A stretch of 64,000 nt of DNA from Spirochaetia bacterium (GCA_034003955.1 JAVEXO010000001.1:72756-136755); one strand, 5' to 3'. Positions 54,348-63,259 are shown, counted from the first letter of the stretch. The notes: generated from the letters alone by a model not told the origin. Program-made: numbers and translations.

Positions 54348-56159
54348 TCAGGTCAGTTTCTTGAGGTTTTGCTCTGCGCTTTTTAGTGATAGTATTGGTG
54401 ACTGTCCAAGAGGACAGAGTGAGGCTCGTGAAATCCTGTCGGCGTCCATGACCATGGCGCCAAGAGCGGCTCGGAGTATAGATTCGCTCGCAGCGGATCG
54501 TGCCTGAGCGGCGACTACACTTGCCTGGGCGGCCAGTCTGGCAGTGCCGACCCGGCAGGGCACGCATTTGCCGCATGATTCGTGTTTGAAGAAATCCATT
54601 ATTGCCGACAGGCTCTCCATGATGGAGCGTCCGGGGCCAAGCACTATTATGGCGCCAGAACCGAGCGTGGCTCCTGCCTTCTTTAACGAATCGTAATCCA
54701 TGCGCAGCGACATTGAGTCTCCGGAGACGAAGGTGCCGGCCGCACCGCCTAGCAGGATGGCTTGTGGTTTTTCTGCCGGCTTTCCACTGGCGTCCAGGGC
54801 ACCACCGGCCGCCTCGATAAGCTCAGCTAAGCCCACTCCCATCTCCCACTCGCCGTAGCCGGGCCTGGCAACGTCTCCTGAAATACAGAACAGTTTGGTT
54901 CCCGGGGACGATTCGGTACCCAGGGCCAGGTAGGCGTCGGCTCCATGTTCGACTACCCAGGGCAAGGCTGCGAGTGTCTCCACGTTGTTGACCAGAGTTG
55001 GCTTGCCCCAGAGCCCATGATCCGCGGGGAATGGAGGCTTGATTCGAGGGTAGCCACGCTTGCCCTCGAGTGATTCTATGAGCGTCAATTCCTCTCCGCA
55101 GAGATATGAGCCTGCTCCAAGGCGCAGTTCCAGATCAAATGAAAAATCTGTACCCAAGATGCTGGTTCCCAGGAATCCTGCCTCGTACGCTGAGCGTATG
55201 GCAGTACCTAAGGCTTCGATGGCCTCGGTATACTCTCCCCGTAGGTAGACAAAGCCCCGCCTGGCTCCAATGGCGTACGCGGAGACGACCATGCCCTCTA
55301 TGAGGAGCTGTGGTGTCCGTTCCATGATGATGCGATCCTTGAATGTCCCCGGCTCGCCCTCATCGGCGTTGCATACGACGAAGCGTTCACAATCCGCCTC
55401 ATCGGAGCATGCCGAGCCGGCGGCCGCGCGCCCCTTGATGCCTGTAGGGAATCCGGCGCCGCCTCGCCCGCGTACCTTGGCCTTGGTAAGCTCGTCTACC
55501 ACCGAGTCTGGTGCCAGTGCCAGTGCGGCTCTCAAGCCCGACCAGCCTCCCGCAGATTCATAGGTTCTGGCGTCTGTGGGGTCTGAGGCCTTTGGATACC
55601 GTAGAGAAATGCGCGGCCCGCCTGAAGGCCCTATGTCTGCGGCCATGGCAAAAGACGAACCGTGCGAATCCTCAGCACTACCGGTCTTGCGTGTCCGTTC
55701 TATGATGGCCTTTATTCTGTCGGGATTGAGTCCAGTAAAGATAGTATCGTCAACCATCATAACCGGTGCCCCTGCACAACGGCCGAGGCAGTGGCAGGTT
55801 TCAAGGGTGAACTCTCCCGATGGGTCGGTTCCGCCCACAGCTGCGCCGCTGGCTTCGGAGGCGATACCCAGCAAGTCTCCAGAGCCGAACGGCTCTACCG
55901 AGCCGAACGGCTCTACCGAGCCGAACGGCTCTACCGAGCCGAAGAGCCTGCACACCGGAGACTCGCAGACTCGTATGATGTGCCGCCCGCGAGGTTCCAG
56001 GCTGAGCATCGAGTAGTATGTGGCTACTCCCTTGAGGCCTGCAGTGGACAGGCCGTATCGAGTGGCTTCGCGGGAGATGTCGGCGGGTGGAATCCAGTTG
56101 TTGCCAGATTCTGCTTGTGCCTCTCCCAGCGCTCCCAGTAAGGTGTCACGACGTTCCAT
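54348..56159 (-). CDS. NuoE-NuoF fusion (NAD(P)H-binding FMN/Fe-S diaphorase subunit)
   Basis: NuoE-like N-terminus (VCESPVC ... CHCLGRCAGAPVMMVDD). NuoF-like GRGGAGFPTG, NADEGEPGTF, ESCGKCVPCRVG. Confidence 0.88.
   Translation of the reverse strand: MERRDTLLGALGEAQAESGNNWIPPADISREATRYGLSTAGLKGVATYYSMLSLEPRGRHIIRVCESPVCRLFGSVEPFGSVEPFGSVEPFGSGDLLGIASEASGAAVGGTDPSGEFTLETCHCLGRCAGAPVMMVDDTIFTGLNPDRIKAIIERTRKTGSAEDSHGSSFAMAADIGPSGGPRISLRYPKASDPTDARTYESAGGWSGLRAALALAPDSVVDELTKAKVRGRGGAGFPTGIKGRAAAGSACSDEADCERFVVCNADEGEPGTFKDRIIMERTPQLLIEGMVVSAYAIGARRGFVYLRGEYTEAIEALGTAIRSAYEAGFLGTSILGTDFSFDLELRLGAGSYLCGEELTLIESLEGKRGYPRIKPPFPADHGLWGKPTLVNNVETLAALPWVVEHGADAYLALGTESSPGTKLFCISGDVARPGYGEWEMGVGLAELIEAAGGALDASGKPAEKPQAILLGGAAGTFVSGDSMSLRMDYDSLKKAGATLGSGAIIVLGPGRSIMESLSAIMDFFKHESCGKCVPCRVGTARLAAQASVVAAQARSAASESILRAALGAMVMDADRISRASLCPLGQSPILSLKSAEQNLKKLT
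55882..55944. repeat. perfect 18-bp x3.5 in-frame tandem repeat (FGSVEP hexapeptide x3) inside the NuoE-like domain
   Basis: GAGCCGAACGGCTCTACC at 55882, 55900 and 55918, plus the partial copy GAGCCGAAG. Confidence 0.95.
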
Positions 56160-56175
56160 GTCTACCAGTATAGAA

Positions 56176-56217
56176 CCGGTCGCTAGCTACGTCAAAAGTG
56201 ATTGTGCTAGCGACCGG
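56176..56217 (-). other. intercistronic stem-loop (12-bp perfect stem, 18-nt loop) between the cupin and nuoEF genes
   Basis: CCGGTCGCTAGC (56176-56187) and GCTAGCGACCGG (56206-56217). No U-tract. Confidence 0.6.
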
Positions 56218-56238
56218 CGTACAACTGAGTGCTTCGTG

Positions 56239-56574
56239 TTACAGTGCCTTCGTGGCAGGCATGTTGCGCGGGTTTGGAGCCTTTACGACGAAAAACTCCA
56301 GTGTTTCGTTGCCTTGATTCTGGATTACCATCTTCAGGTTGAACGGGACCGCCACGATGGAGCCTGCGGGGTGGTGATTGAACGGGCCGTCTTCCAAAGA
56401 GAGACTCAGGGTGCCCCGCACTATTATCTGGTGCACGTGCGAGTTGGAGACGTGTGTCGTTACGGCTTCGCCAGGTGAGACGACGATGTGGTTTATGTTG
56501 ACGTGTTCGTCGTCTACAATCTTTTCCATAGTCTTGGCGTCAGTTCTGGTGTATGGGTAAAGCTTCTCCAACAT
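56239..56574 (-). CDS. cupin-domain protein
   Basis: 111 aa. HVSNSHVHQIIVRGTL...HPAGSIVAVP (cupin motifs 1 and 2). Confidence 0.7.
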   Translation of the reverse strand: MLEKLYPYTRTDAKTMEKIVDDEHVNINHIVVSPGEAVTTHVSNSHVHQIIVRGTLSLSLEDGPFNHHPAGSIVAVPFNLKMVIQNQGNETLEFFVVKAPNPRNMPATKAL

Positions 56575-56587
56575 GGTGATTCCTCTC

Positions 56588-57778
56588 TTATAGCTTGGCT
56601 ACGAAGGCCTTGGCGTATTCTGTTGCAGCCTTCAGAGATGCCTCATCAGGGTTCCACAGAGCCTTGAAACCTTCATCGACGACATCGAAACCGGCCGTCT
56701 TTAAGCTGTCACCTATCACCTTTACCGATTCACCCGACCAGCCATAGGCACCAAAGGCAGCGGCCTTCTTGCCGGTGAACTTGAGGCCCTTTATCTCCTC
56801 CAGAAGACCGGCTATGGCCGTCAGGACGCCCTTGCCCACCGTCGGGGAACCTACAAGAATTGCCTTGGAGCGGAACACGTCTGTCAGCGCGTCGTTCTTG
56901 TCGAATTTAGACATGCAGTGCGATACGACGGTCGTAGACGGGGAGGCTTCGCTTATGGCATGGGCAAAGGTGTCGGCCAGGGCGCGAGTGCCTTCCCACA
57001 TCGTGTCGTAGAGTATGGTGATGCGATCTTCCTGGTAATCCTGGGCCCATTCCAGGTACTTGAGCACTATCTGGGTTGGGTTGTCTCGCCATAGAACGCC
57101 ATGGCTTGTTGCAATCAGGTTGACCGGCAACTTGAGTGACAGTACGAAGTCTATCTTGGCCTTAACGAGGGGAGAGAAGGGCGTGAGGATGTTGGCGTAG
57201 TACTTGATGGCTTCTGTCCACAGCTCGTCCTGATCGACGAGGTCATTGTACAGGCGCTCGGTGGCAATGTGCTGGCCAAAGGCATCATTGGAGAACAGTA
57301 TGGCGTCTCCAGTCATGTAGGAGAACATGCTGTCCGGCCAATGAAGCATAGGAGCCTCTATGAATACCAGTTTCTTGCCATTGCCAAGATCAAACTCATC
57401 ACCGGTCTTTATAATATGAAAGTCCCAGTCCTGGTGATAGTGGCCCTTGAGCGATTTTACACCGTTGGCCGTACAATACACAGGAAGGTCAGGGCGCCTT
57501 CGCATCAGTTCCGGCATGGCACCCGAGTGATCGCTCTCTGCATGTTGTGCGATTATGGCATCGAGCTTGTCAAGGAGGCCTTCGGCTTCCAGGTTGTCGA
57601 CGAATTCCTTGGCGTAGGGTTTCCATACGGTGTCTATGAGGACTGTCTTGCCCTCCTGTATGACGTAGCTGTTGTAGCTTGAACCTTTGTGGGTGGAATA
57701 CTCGTCTCCATGGAAACGGGTAAGATCCCAGTCAACCTTACCAACCCAGGATACGGTAGGCGTCAAAGACTTCTTCAT
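56588..57778 (-). CDS. FprA-family flavodiiron protein (O2/NO reductase)
   Basis: GAAGGAG SD. Metallo-beta-lactamase-like di-iron site AQHAESDHSGA. Flavodoxin-like C-terminus ILVGSPTVGKG, GAYGWSGE. Confidence 0.88.
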   Translation of the reverse strand: MKKSLTPTVSWVGKVDWDLTRFHGDEYSTHKGSSYNSYVIQEGKTVLIDTVWKPYAKEFVDNLEAEGLLDKLDAIIAQHAESDHSGAMPELMRRRPDLPVYCTANGVKSLKGHYHQDWDFHIIKTGDEFDLGNGKKLVFIEAPMLHWPDSMFSYMTGDAILFSNDAFGQHIATERLYNDLVDQDELWTEAIKYYANILTPFSPLVKAKIDFVLSLKLPVNLIATSHGVLWRDNPTQIVLKYLEWAQDYQEDRITILYDTMWEGTRALADTFAHAISEASPSTTVVSHCMSKFDKNDALTDVFRSKAILVGSPTVGKGVLTAIAGLLEEIKGLKFTGKKAAAFGAYGWSGESVKVIGDSLKTAGFDVVDEGFKALWNPDEASLKAATEYAKAFVAKL

Positions 57779-57842
57779 GTATGGCTCCTTCTGGCCGTCG
57801 CTTTATTTGTATGTAAGGTAGCGAAGGCCCCTTGCGTTTATT

Positions 57843-57871
57843 AGACTAATACCTAATGAACGAAACGTCAA
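57843..57871 (-). promoter_or_regulatory. sigma-70-like promoter candidate for fprA (TTGACG-N17-TAGTCT)
   Basis: Minus strand: TTGACG (rc of 57866-57871), a 17-nt spacer, TAGTCT (rc of 57843-57848). About 65 nt upstream of the ATG. Confidence 0.35.
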
Positions 57872-57944
57872 TATGGTATTGTGGTACCTAAATACATAAT
57901 ACCCGCTTTCAACTTGTCATCCTGACAAAATATGGTACACGGTC

Positions 57945-59207
57945 TTACCAGTCCAGGAGCCTTCGTTGCCCCTGCAAGGCTCGCACGTCGGTGGCGTCCC
58001 AGCTCATCTCGAGCGTTCCTAGGTAGTTTCCCTTGTCGTTATAGATTGGTTTGTATGCAATGACTATGAAGCGACCGTTCATCTCCAGCCAGAATTCCGC
58101 CTTGTCCTTTTCCTTCTTTTTAAAAGCCTCAAGGATCCTCTTTACAACATCGACGCTCTTGGGCGGGTGACAATTCTCGACGGAGCGGCCGATGATACCG
58201 GGGCTACGGGGGAAGACGCGATGCGGCGAATCAGAGTAGTACATGACCTTGTCGTCGGCATCTACAAAAGAAATGTCTATGGGCAGGCTTGTAAGGATGC
58301 GGTTGAGGAAATCAAGGGGTAAGGCTCCCTCTGAAAGCGGGATGGAATCAGCGACCTTAACGCCGCCTACTTTGGTGCCGCCAGCCTTGGCGACCGCCGA
58401 CTCTATGGCCGCGTTGAGGTTGGCATACGCTCCACCTGAAGCAGAGGCGGTTCCACCTCCGACGAGGGCCGGATCCCACTGGGCTCCTGGCTTTATCCAG
58501 GCGAAGCCTATGGCGTCTTCGCCGCGTCTGACATCGGCCCACTCCGTATCGGACAGGCGCTTTATGGCGTTTGGAAAGAGTATTTTTTCTTCCATAAAAA
58601 TCATCATTCGTATGCGCTTAGCCAAGTCTCGCCCCTTCTTGCGAGCAGCCTTGATGTCCTTCTGTGCGATGACTTCGTTAAGCTCCTTGAAGACGGTCCT
58701 GATCTCATCATGTTTGCCCCACATCACCTTGGAAGGACCGGTGAATCCGGTACGCTCTAGATAGGGGAACAGCTGGTTTTCCTTGCGTGTATAATGAATT
58801 ATTATGGGGCGTAAGCCGTTAACGGCATCACCTATGGCGTCTAGGCCACCCACGAGACATGCTCGACTGAGCATGCGTGCGTGTTTTTTGGCTTCCACGT
58901 TCTCTGCCAGGTAGGTATGGATGGGGTGGCCCGGCATGCGATCCATCTTCTGGCCACGTTCTAGACCTGCCTTGAACAGGTTTGCATGCACATCACAGAG
59001 CCGCTGTACCTCCTCGACCGCTAAGCCACCCTCTATGAGAGACTGTTCCAATTCTGCTACCTCGGCGGCGTCGGCATCCTTGATCAGGTCATGGAATTCC
59101 TTCTTGACGGCCGAGGGGGAAGAACCTGCCGCTAGTTTGTCGATTATCGCCTTGAGACGACTGGCCTTCTGAGCCTTGTCGTCGCTATGTGAAAGTAACT
59201 CACTCAT
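57945..59207 (-). CDS. DUF438-type protein (hemerythrin-like + PAS-like domains), paralog 1
   Basis: Start at MSELLSHSDD (ATG 59207, GAAGGAGA SD). Hemerythrin-like HYTRKENQLFPYLE, WGKHDEIR. C-terminus ISFVDADDKVMYYSDSPHRVFPRSPGIIGRSVENCHPPKS. Confidence 0.7.
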   Translation of the reverse strand: MSELLSHSDDKAQKASRLKAIIDKLAAGSSPSAVKKEFHDLIKDADAAEVAELEQSLIEGGLAVEEVQRLCDVHANLFKAGLERGQKMDRMPGHPIHTYLAENVEAKKHARMLSRACLVGGLDAIGDAVNGLRPIIIHYTRKENQLFPYLERTGFTGPSKVMWGKHDEIRTVFKELNEVIAQKDIKAARKKGRDLAKRIRMMIFMEEKILFPNAIKRLSDTEWADVRRGEDAIGFAWIKPGAQWDPALVGGGTASASGGAYANLNAAIESAVAKAGGTKVGGVKVADSIPLSEGALPLDFLNRILTSLPIDISFVDADDKVMYYSDSPHRVFPRSPGIIGRSVENCHPPKSVDVVKRILEAFKKKEKDKAEFWLEMNGRFIVIAYKPIYNDKGNYLGTLEMSWDATDVRALQGQRRLLDW

Positions 59208-59403
59208 ACAATCTCCTTCTACATGTGGTGCCTGCCTGGCCGGAAGAGATCGGCGCTTTAGCACGGTATTTCTTAATAAGTATTATACATTGTGTCATCT
59301 ACCGCAACGTTCTAGCTAGAAAGCTGTGCTTGAAAACTGTGATAGTCTGTAGATCAATGATAGGATGCCTGGCTCATGGTAGCCGGCGGAGCGGAGGTAC
59401 AGC

Positions 59404-60891
59404 ATGCCAGACAGGACGAGTTCGGTTTTTGGAAATGATATCGATGGATCGATTAGGGCCAAGGCTCAGAGGAAGCAGGCTGCTTATATTCATAAGTTTG
59501 GTAAAGGTACCAGAGACCTGAGTCCGGTTCCCCTTGTGATGAGTTCTGTACCCAACCCCTTGTTAGGCTTGTCGCTTGGTGTAAGAGACCTGAGGCTGGA
59601 TGGGTCGGGAGATGCAATAGACGACAAGCGTGGCATGATCATTGGCAATATACGTATGGGCTATGGCCATTACCGCATAGCCATGGCCATGGCATCGGTC
59701 ATACATGCACGTGGCTACATACCCTACTGGTTCGACTTGAATGGCTATGAGCACACGCTGGCCGGCAGGATAGTCTCACATCTCAATGAGCTGTACTCCT
59801 TTGGTTCACGGCTGTCTCAAAAGAGCAGGCTCTTTAATAAATTATTCTGGGAGCCGCTTAACTATGAAGGCTTCAAGAAATTGTCATACAACGCGAGCGA
59901 CCAGAAGGTTGCGCAGCTGTTTGCGCCACTGTTTTCTGCCTTTCCTCGCGATATTCCCATGATAACAACCCACGGCTGGCCTGCCCAGGGAGCCCTGCAT
60001 GCCGGCATGAGCAATGTTGTCAACGCGGTGGTAGACAACTGGCCCATGGCACTGCATCTGGCCGAGGGCGCCATGCACGCGGTGCAGGGACCCTCAGCAT
60101 ACCTTGGGTATCGTCTCTTGCGGGAGATGTGCGACGACGGCAAGCCGTCCAGGCCCATGCCTGCCTCTGACATCAGCCTCGCAGGCCAGTTCGTCGACCA
60201 TGAGATAGTATCTAATCTAGAATCTGACAGTGGAGCACGCATGCGACGCATGGAATCAGGGTCGACGAGGCGGGTGCTCATGTCTATAGGCGGCGCCGGT
60301 GCCCAGCTTGCAATGACCCTGGGGCTGGTCAAGCGGATACTACCCCTCATAAAGGATGGCCGGGTAGCGCTCTTCATGAATTTTGGCGATCATGAGCCCC
60401 TCAAGACGGCTTTCGATGCGGCTATGCTATCGTTCGACCCAGGCTTTCCGTCGCTGGTGACGGAGCATGTCGACGATTGGACCGGCACGGAAGCCTTTGC
60501 CCGCGATGCCTTGTCTGCCCATGTGACGGGCGTCCACAGCTTCCTGGACTCCAATAAATTCGCCGCCGTATATTGCACAAACCTCCTCATGCGGGCCTGC
60601 GACGTCCTCGTCACCAAGCCAAGCGAGCTTGCCTACTACCCGGTGCCAAAGCTGATGACCAGGCGCATAGGCGGCCATGAGCGATGGGGTGCGATCAGGG
60701 CCGCAGAACTCGGGGACGGCAGCTATGAGATGGAGAGCCTTGAGTCGGCGGCTCAGGCCCTGGAGCTGATGCTCGTGGAGAATGACATCCTACGCATCCA
60801 GAACGAGGCAATCTTGAAGAACGCCACCATAGGCCTGTACGACGGCTGCTATCGTGTCGTCGACATGGCCCTGCAGAGGCGCCGCCCTTAG
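59404..60891 (+). CDS. GT-B glycosyltransferase-like protein (MGDG-synthase/UgtP-like pattern)
   Basis: GGAGG SD. MGYGHYRIAMAMA (GxGH..A motif), VLMSIGGAGAQ, CDVLVTKPSELAYYPVP. The assignment is tentative. Confidence 0.45.
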   Translation: MPDRTSSVFGNDIDGSIRAKAQRKQAAYIHKFGKGTRDLSPVPLVMSSVPNPLLGLSLGVRDLRLDGSGDAIDDKRGMIIGNIRMGYGHYRIAMAMASVIHARGYIPYWFDLNGYEHTLAGRIVSHLNELYSFGSRLSQKSRLFNKLFWEPLNYEGFKKLSYNASDQKVAQLFAPLFSAFPRDIPMITTHGWPAQGALHAGMSNVVNAVVDNWPMALHLAEGAMHAVQGPSAYLGYRLLREMCDDGKPSRPMPASDISLAGQFVDHEIVSNLESDSGARMRRMESGSTRRVLMSIGGAGAQLAMTLGLVKRILPLIKDGRVALFMNFGDHEPLKTAFDAAMLSFDPGFPSLVTEHVDDWTGTEAFARDALSAHVTGVHSFLDSNKFAAVYCTNLLMRACDVLVTKPSELAYYPVPKLMTRRIGGHERWGAIRAAELGDGSYEMESLESAAQALELMLVENDILRIQNEAILKNATIGLYDGCYRVVDMALQRRRP

Positions 60892-61952
60892 GAGCCTTTG
60901 TGTGCGCCAGGCTTGAAGCCAGGTGCAAGGTAGCGCGTGTAGCGGCCGGTAAAGTTAGCCGTGAATAAACGTCTTAAGGCGGGTTTCCTCTCGAGTAAAC
61001 GCAGTAGGGAGCTCACCGGCCCAAGTTGCAGGATGGTAAACGCGGCGTACAGCGCTATACCCCCCAGTGTGATCGCCAATGATGCCAGAAAGCCCTCGGC
61101 TGGCAATCCCAGGCTGCCTAGCACCGCCCTGGCTAAGGGTTGAGAGGCTAACAAAACAACCACGTTGAGGGCTACAAATATGACCAGCCTGGCGGTGGAT
61201 GTCTGGATCGAAGCGCTCGGGCAGGCGTTGATGCATCGGTTGCATGATGAACAGCTTTTAGTCCAGGAAGGGATACCCTCCTTCATGATTATAGTCTGAT
61301 CCGGGCAAATTGCTGCACAGAGCCCGCATGAGCTGCAACTGTCGTCGGCTATAAATGTGCTGGACAGTATTCTGCGCACGAGCAGCCTGAAGATGAAGGC
61401 TATGAAGCGTCCACCGCTTCTCGTCAAGATGTTGCGCTTGAGGAATACGCTTCGGCCTTCGATAAGTGCCTTGCCAAATGAGCGGGTGTCCGCATCTCCA
61501 CGCGCTATGATGGCCGTCCTATCGTCACCCTTGGCCGCCTCGGTGATCTGGGTCCAGTTCTCCGGATATGAAGCGTCGGCGGAACCAATAGGCATATAGC
61601 CTTTGCGCCTCAGGATAGACAGTGCCACGATTGAGGCGGCTCCGCTCCAGCCGCCAGATAGCTTCCCCTCACGCATGACGCCGCCGCAGACGCACAGCAT
61701 GGCGACCTTGGTTCCGGAGGATCGAGGCGCGGCTCGAAGTCGCTGCATGACGGTAGACGGAGGCGAGAACCCAAGCGTCGAGGAACAGATGACGAGGAGA
61801 TCTTGGGCGCCAAGACTTGGGATGGGCTCCCCGGCCGAAAGATCGACGCTTCCTACATCGTACCCTCCCGCGCCCAGCTCCGTGGCCAGGAGGTTCCCCG
61901 CCCTCATCGCGTTACCGGTGCCTGAAAAAATAGCGATGATTGCCTTGCTCAT
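60888..61952 (-). CDS. EFR1-type protein: flavodoxin-like domain + 2x[4Fe-4S] ferredoxin domain + C-terminal TM segments
   Basis: MSKAIIAIFSGTGNAMRAG, CSSCGLCAAICP, CSSCNRCINACP, then hydrophobic spans. ATGA overlap with the upstream DUF438 gene. Confidence 0.7.
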   Translation of the reverse strand: MSKAIIAIFSGTGNAMRAGNLLATELGAGGYDVGSVDLSAGEPIPSLGAQDLLVICSSTLGFSPPSTVMQRLRAAPRSSGTKVAMLCVCGGVMREGKLSGGWSGAASIVALSILRRKGYMPIGSADASYPENWTQITEAAKGDDRTAIIARGDADTRSFGKALIEGRSVFLKRNILTRSGGRFIAFIFRLLVRRILSSTFIADDSCSSCGLCAAICPDQTIIMKEGIPSWTKSCSSCNRCINACPSASIQTSTARLVIFVALNVVVLLASQPLARAVLGSLGLPAEGFLASLAITLGGIALYAAFTILQLGPVSSLLRLLERKPALRRLFTANFTGRYTRYLAPGFKPGAHKGS

Positions 61953-63259
61953 GCGAGTGGCTCCTGGTCTGCCAGCCGTTTCTCGCCGCTCAAGGCGCGC
62001 TTCCCTGTAAGGTCCTGGCTGGCCTCAAGCACACCTAGATACTCACCTTCCGGGGAGCGCAGCGCGAAGTATTCTATGTGAATGAATCTGCCTCCCATCA
62101 CTATCCAGAAGGCCTCACGCTCTTTCTTGCCAGCCTTGAATGACTCTATAATGGCGACGACACGGTCTACGCTGGCTCCTGGGTGGCAGTTGCGCACGTC
62201 GCGTCCTATTATAGAAGGGCTGCGCGGAAAGATGCGGTGGGGCGAGTCTGAAAACCACCCTACCTTGTCGTTGGCATCAACGTATGTCATGTCTACAGGC
62301 AGGCATGAGAACATGGCGCCGAGTATCCCCTGTGGCAATGAGCCGGTTCTGCCTGAAAACCCGCTGCTCATCTTATGAGCCTGATCCACCTGTCGCCCGC
62401 CGACAGATTCTGGCTCCTCCTCGGCGTGTGCAGCTGCAGGGGCACGAGGTGCGGCAAGCCGCGAAAGTATTTCCTTGTCTATGAAGGCGTATCCGTAGTC
62501 GCTTGATTCCTCGAATAAACGCTCGCTGTCGATCTTGCCGATCAGGCCTAGCATGACGGGAAACAAGGCGCATTCTTCCCTGAATACCGTCGTATGCATG
62601 TCGAAGTAGAGCCTGCCTATCACCTGGTTTATGGGCCTGGGGTCGAATACCGCGAGCAGATCGGCCAGCGAGGCATCTTCCAGTGCAGAGTCGAGTAGTC
62701 GGCTTAGCTCCTTGAGGCCTCGCCTGGCATCATCTTGAATTTCCCACATAAGCCTCACGCAACGGTATTCCGGATACTGAGCCTCAAACCAGGGGAAGAT
62801 GACGTTTTCCTTCTTGCGGTAATGAGCCTCTATCAGTCCAAGCTCTGATACCATTGCACGCAGGGCCTCGAGGCTGCTCTTAAGCCCTTCTGTAGAAAGA
62901 TTAGGGTCATTGATGGCCTTGGCCAGGGGTTTGCCTCTATCGAGCACGGCGATGAGGCCGGCATTTTCCGCCATCAGCGACGAGAAAAGTCGTTCTCCAG
63001 TGGGGGGAGCACAACGATGCCTGGCCAGGGATGTGGACAGGAGGTTGACCAGCTTTGACACGGCCGGTTTAAGCGCACTAAAGTCGACACCTTCCTCCAC
63101 GGCCTTGTCTACCACGGCCACCAAGTCCTCCGGCCTCGCGTCGTCTATGAGAACCTTGGCTGCCTTGACCGCATCGGCCGGCCCGCCTGCCAACATGGCA
63201 TCGAGCAGCGAACTAAACCCCGCAGCCCTGGCCTCTCCATTTTTGTATGCTTCTGACAT
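61949..63259 (-). CDS. DUF438-type protein (hemerythrin-like + PAS-like domains), paralog 2
   Basis: GGGAGGAG SD. HYRKKENVIFPWFE. MTYVDANDKVGWFSDSPHRIFPRSPSIIGRDVRNCHPGAS, which aligns with paralog 1. Confidence 0.7.
   Translation of the reverse strand: MSEAYKNGEARAAGFSSLLDAMLAGGPADAVKAAKVLIDDARPEDLVAVVDKAVEEGVDFSALKPAVSKLVNLLSTSLARHRCAPPTGERLFSSLMAENAGLIAVLDRGKPLAKAINDPNLSTEGLKSSLEALRAMVSELGLIEAHYRKKENVIFPWFEAQYPEYRCVRLMWEIQDDARRGLKELSRLLDSALEDASLADLLAVFDPRPINQVIGRLYFDMHTTVFREECALFPVMLGLIGKIDSERLFEESSDYGYAFIDKEILSRLAAPRAPAAAHAEEEPESVGGRQVDQAHKMSSGFSGRTGSLPQGILGAMFSCLPVDMTYVDANDKVGWFSDSPHRIFPRSPSIIGRDVRNCHPGASVDRVVAIIESFKAGKKEREAFWIVMGGRFIHIEYFALRSPEGEYLGVLEASQDLTGKRALSGEKRLADQEPLA

Noticed and set aside
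59310-59321. The perfect 12-bp palindrome TTCTAGCTAGAA in the divergent region between DUF438 paralog 1 and the GT-like gene, as an operator.
   Set aside because: About 15 perfect 12-bp palindromes are expected by chance in 64 kb. There is no second copy or flanking conservation visible in the window.
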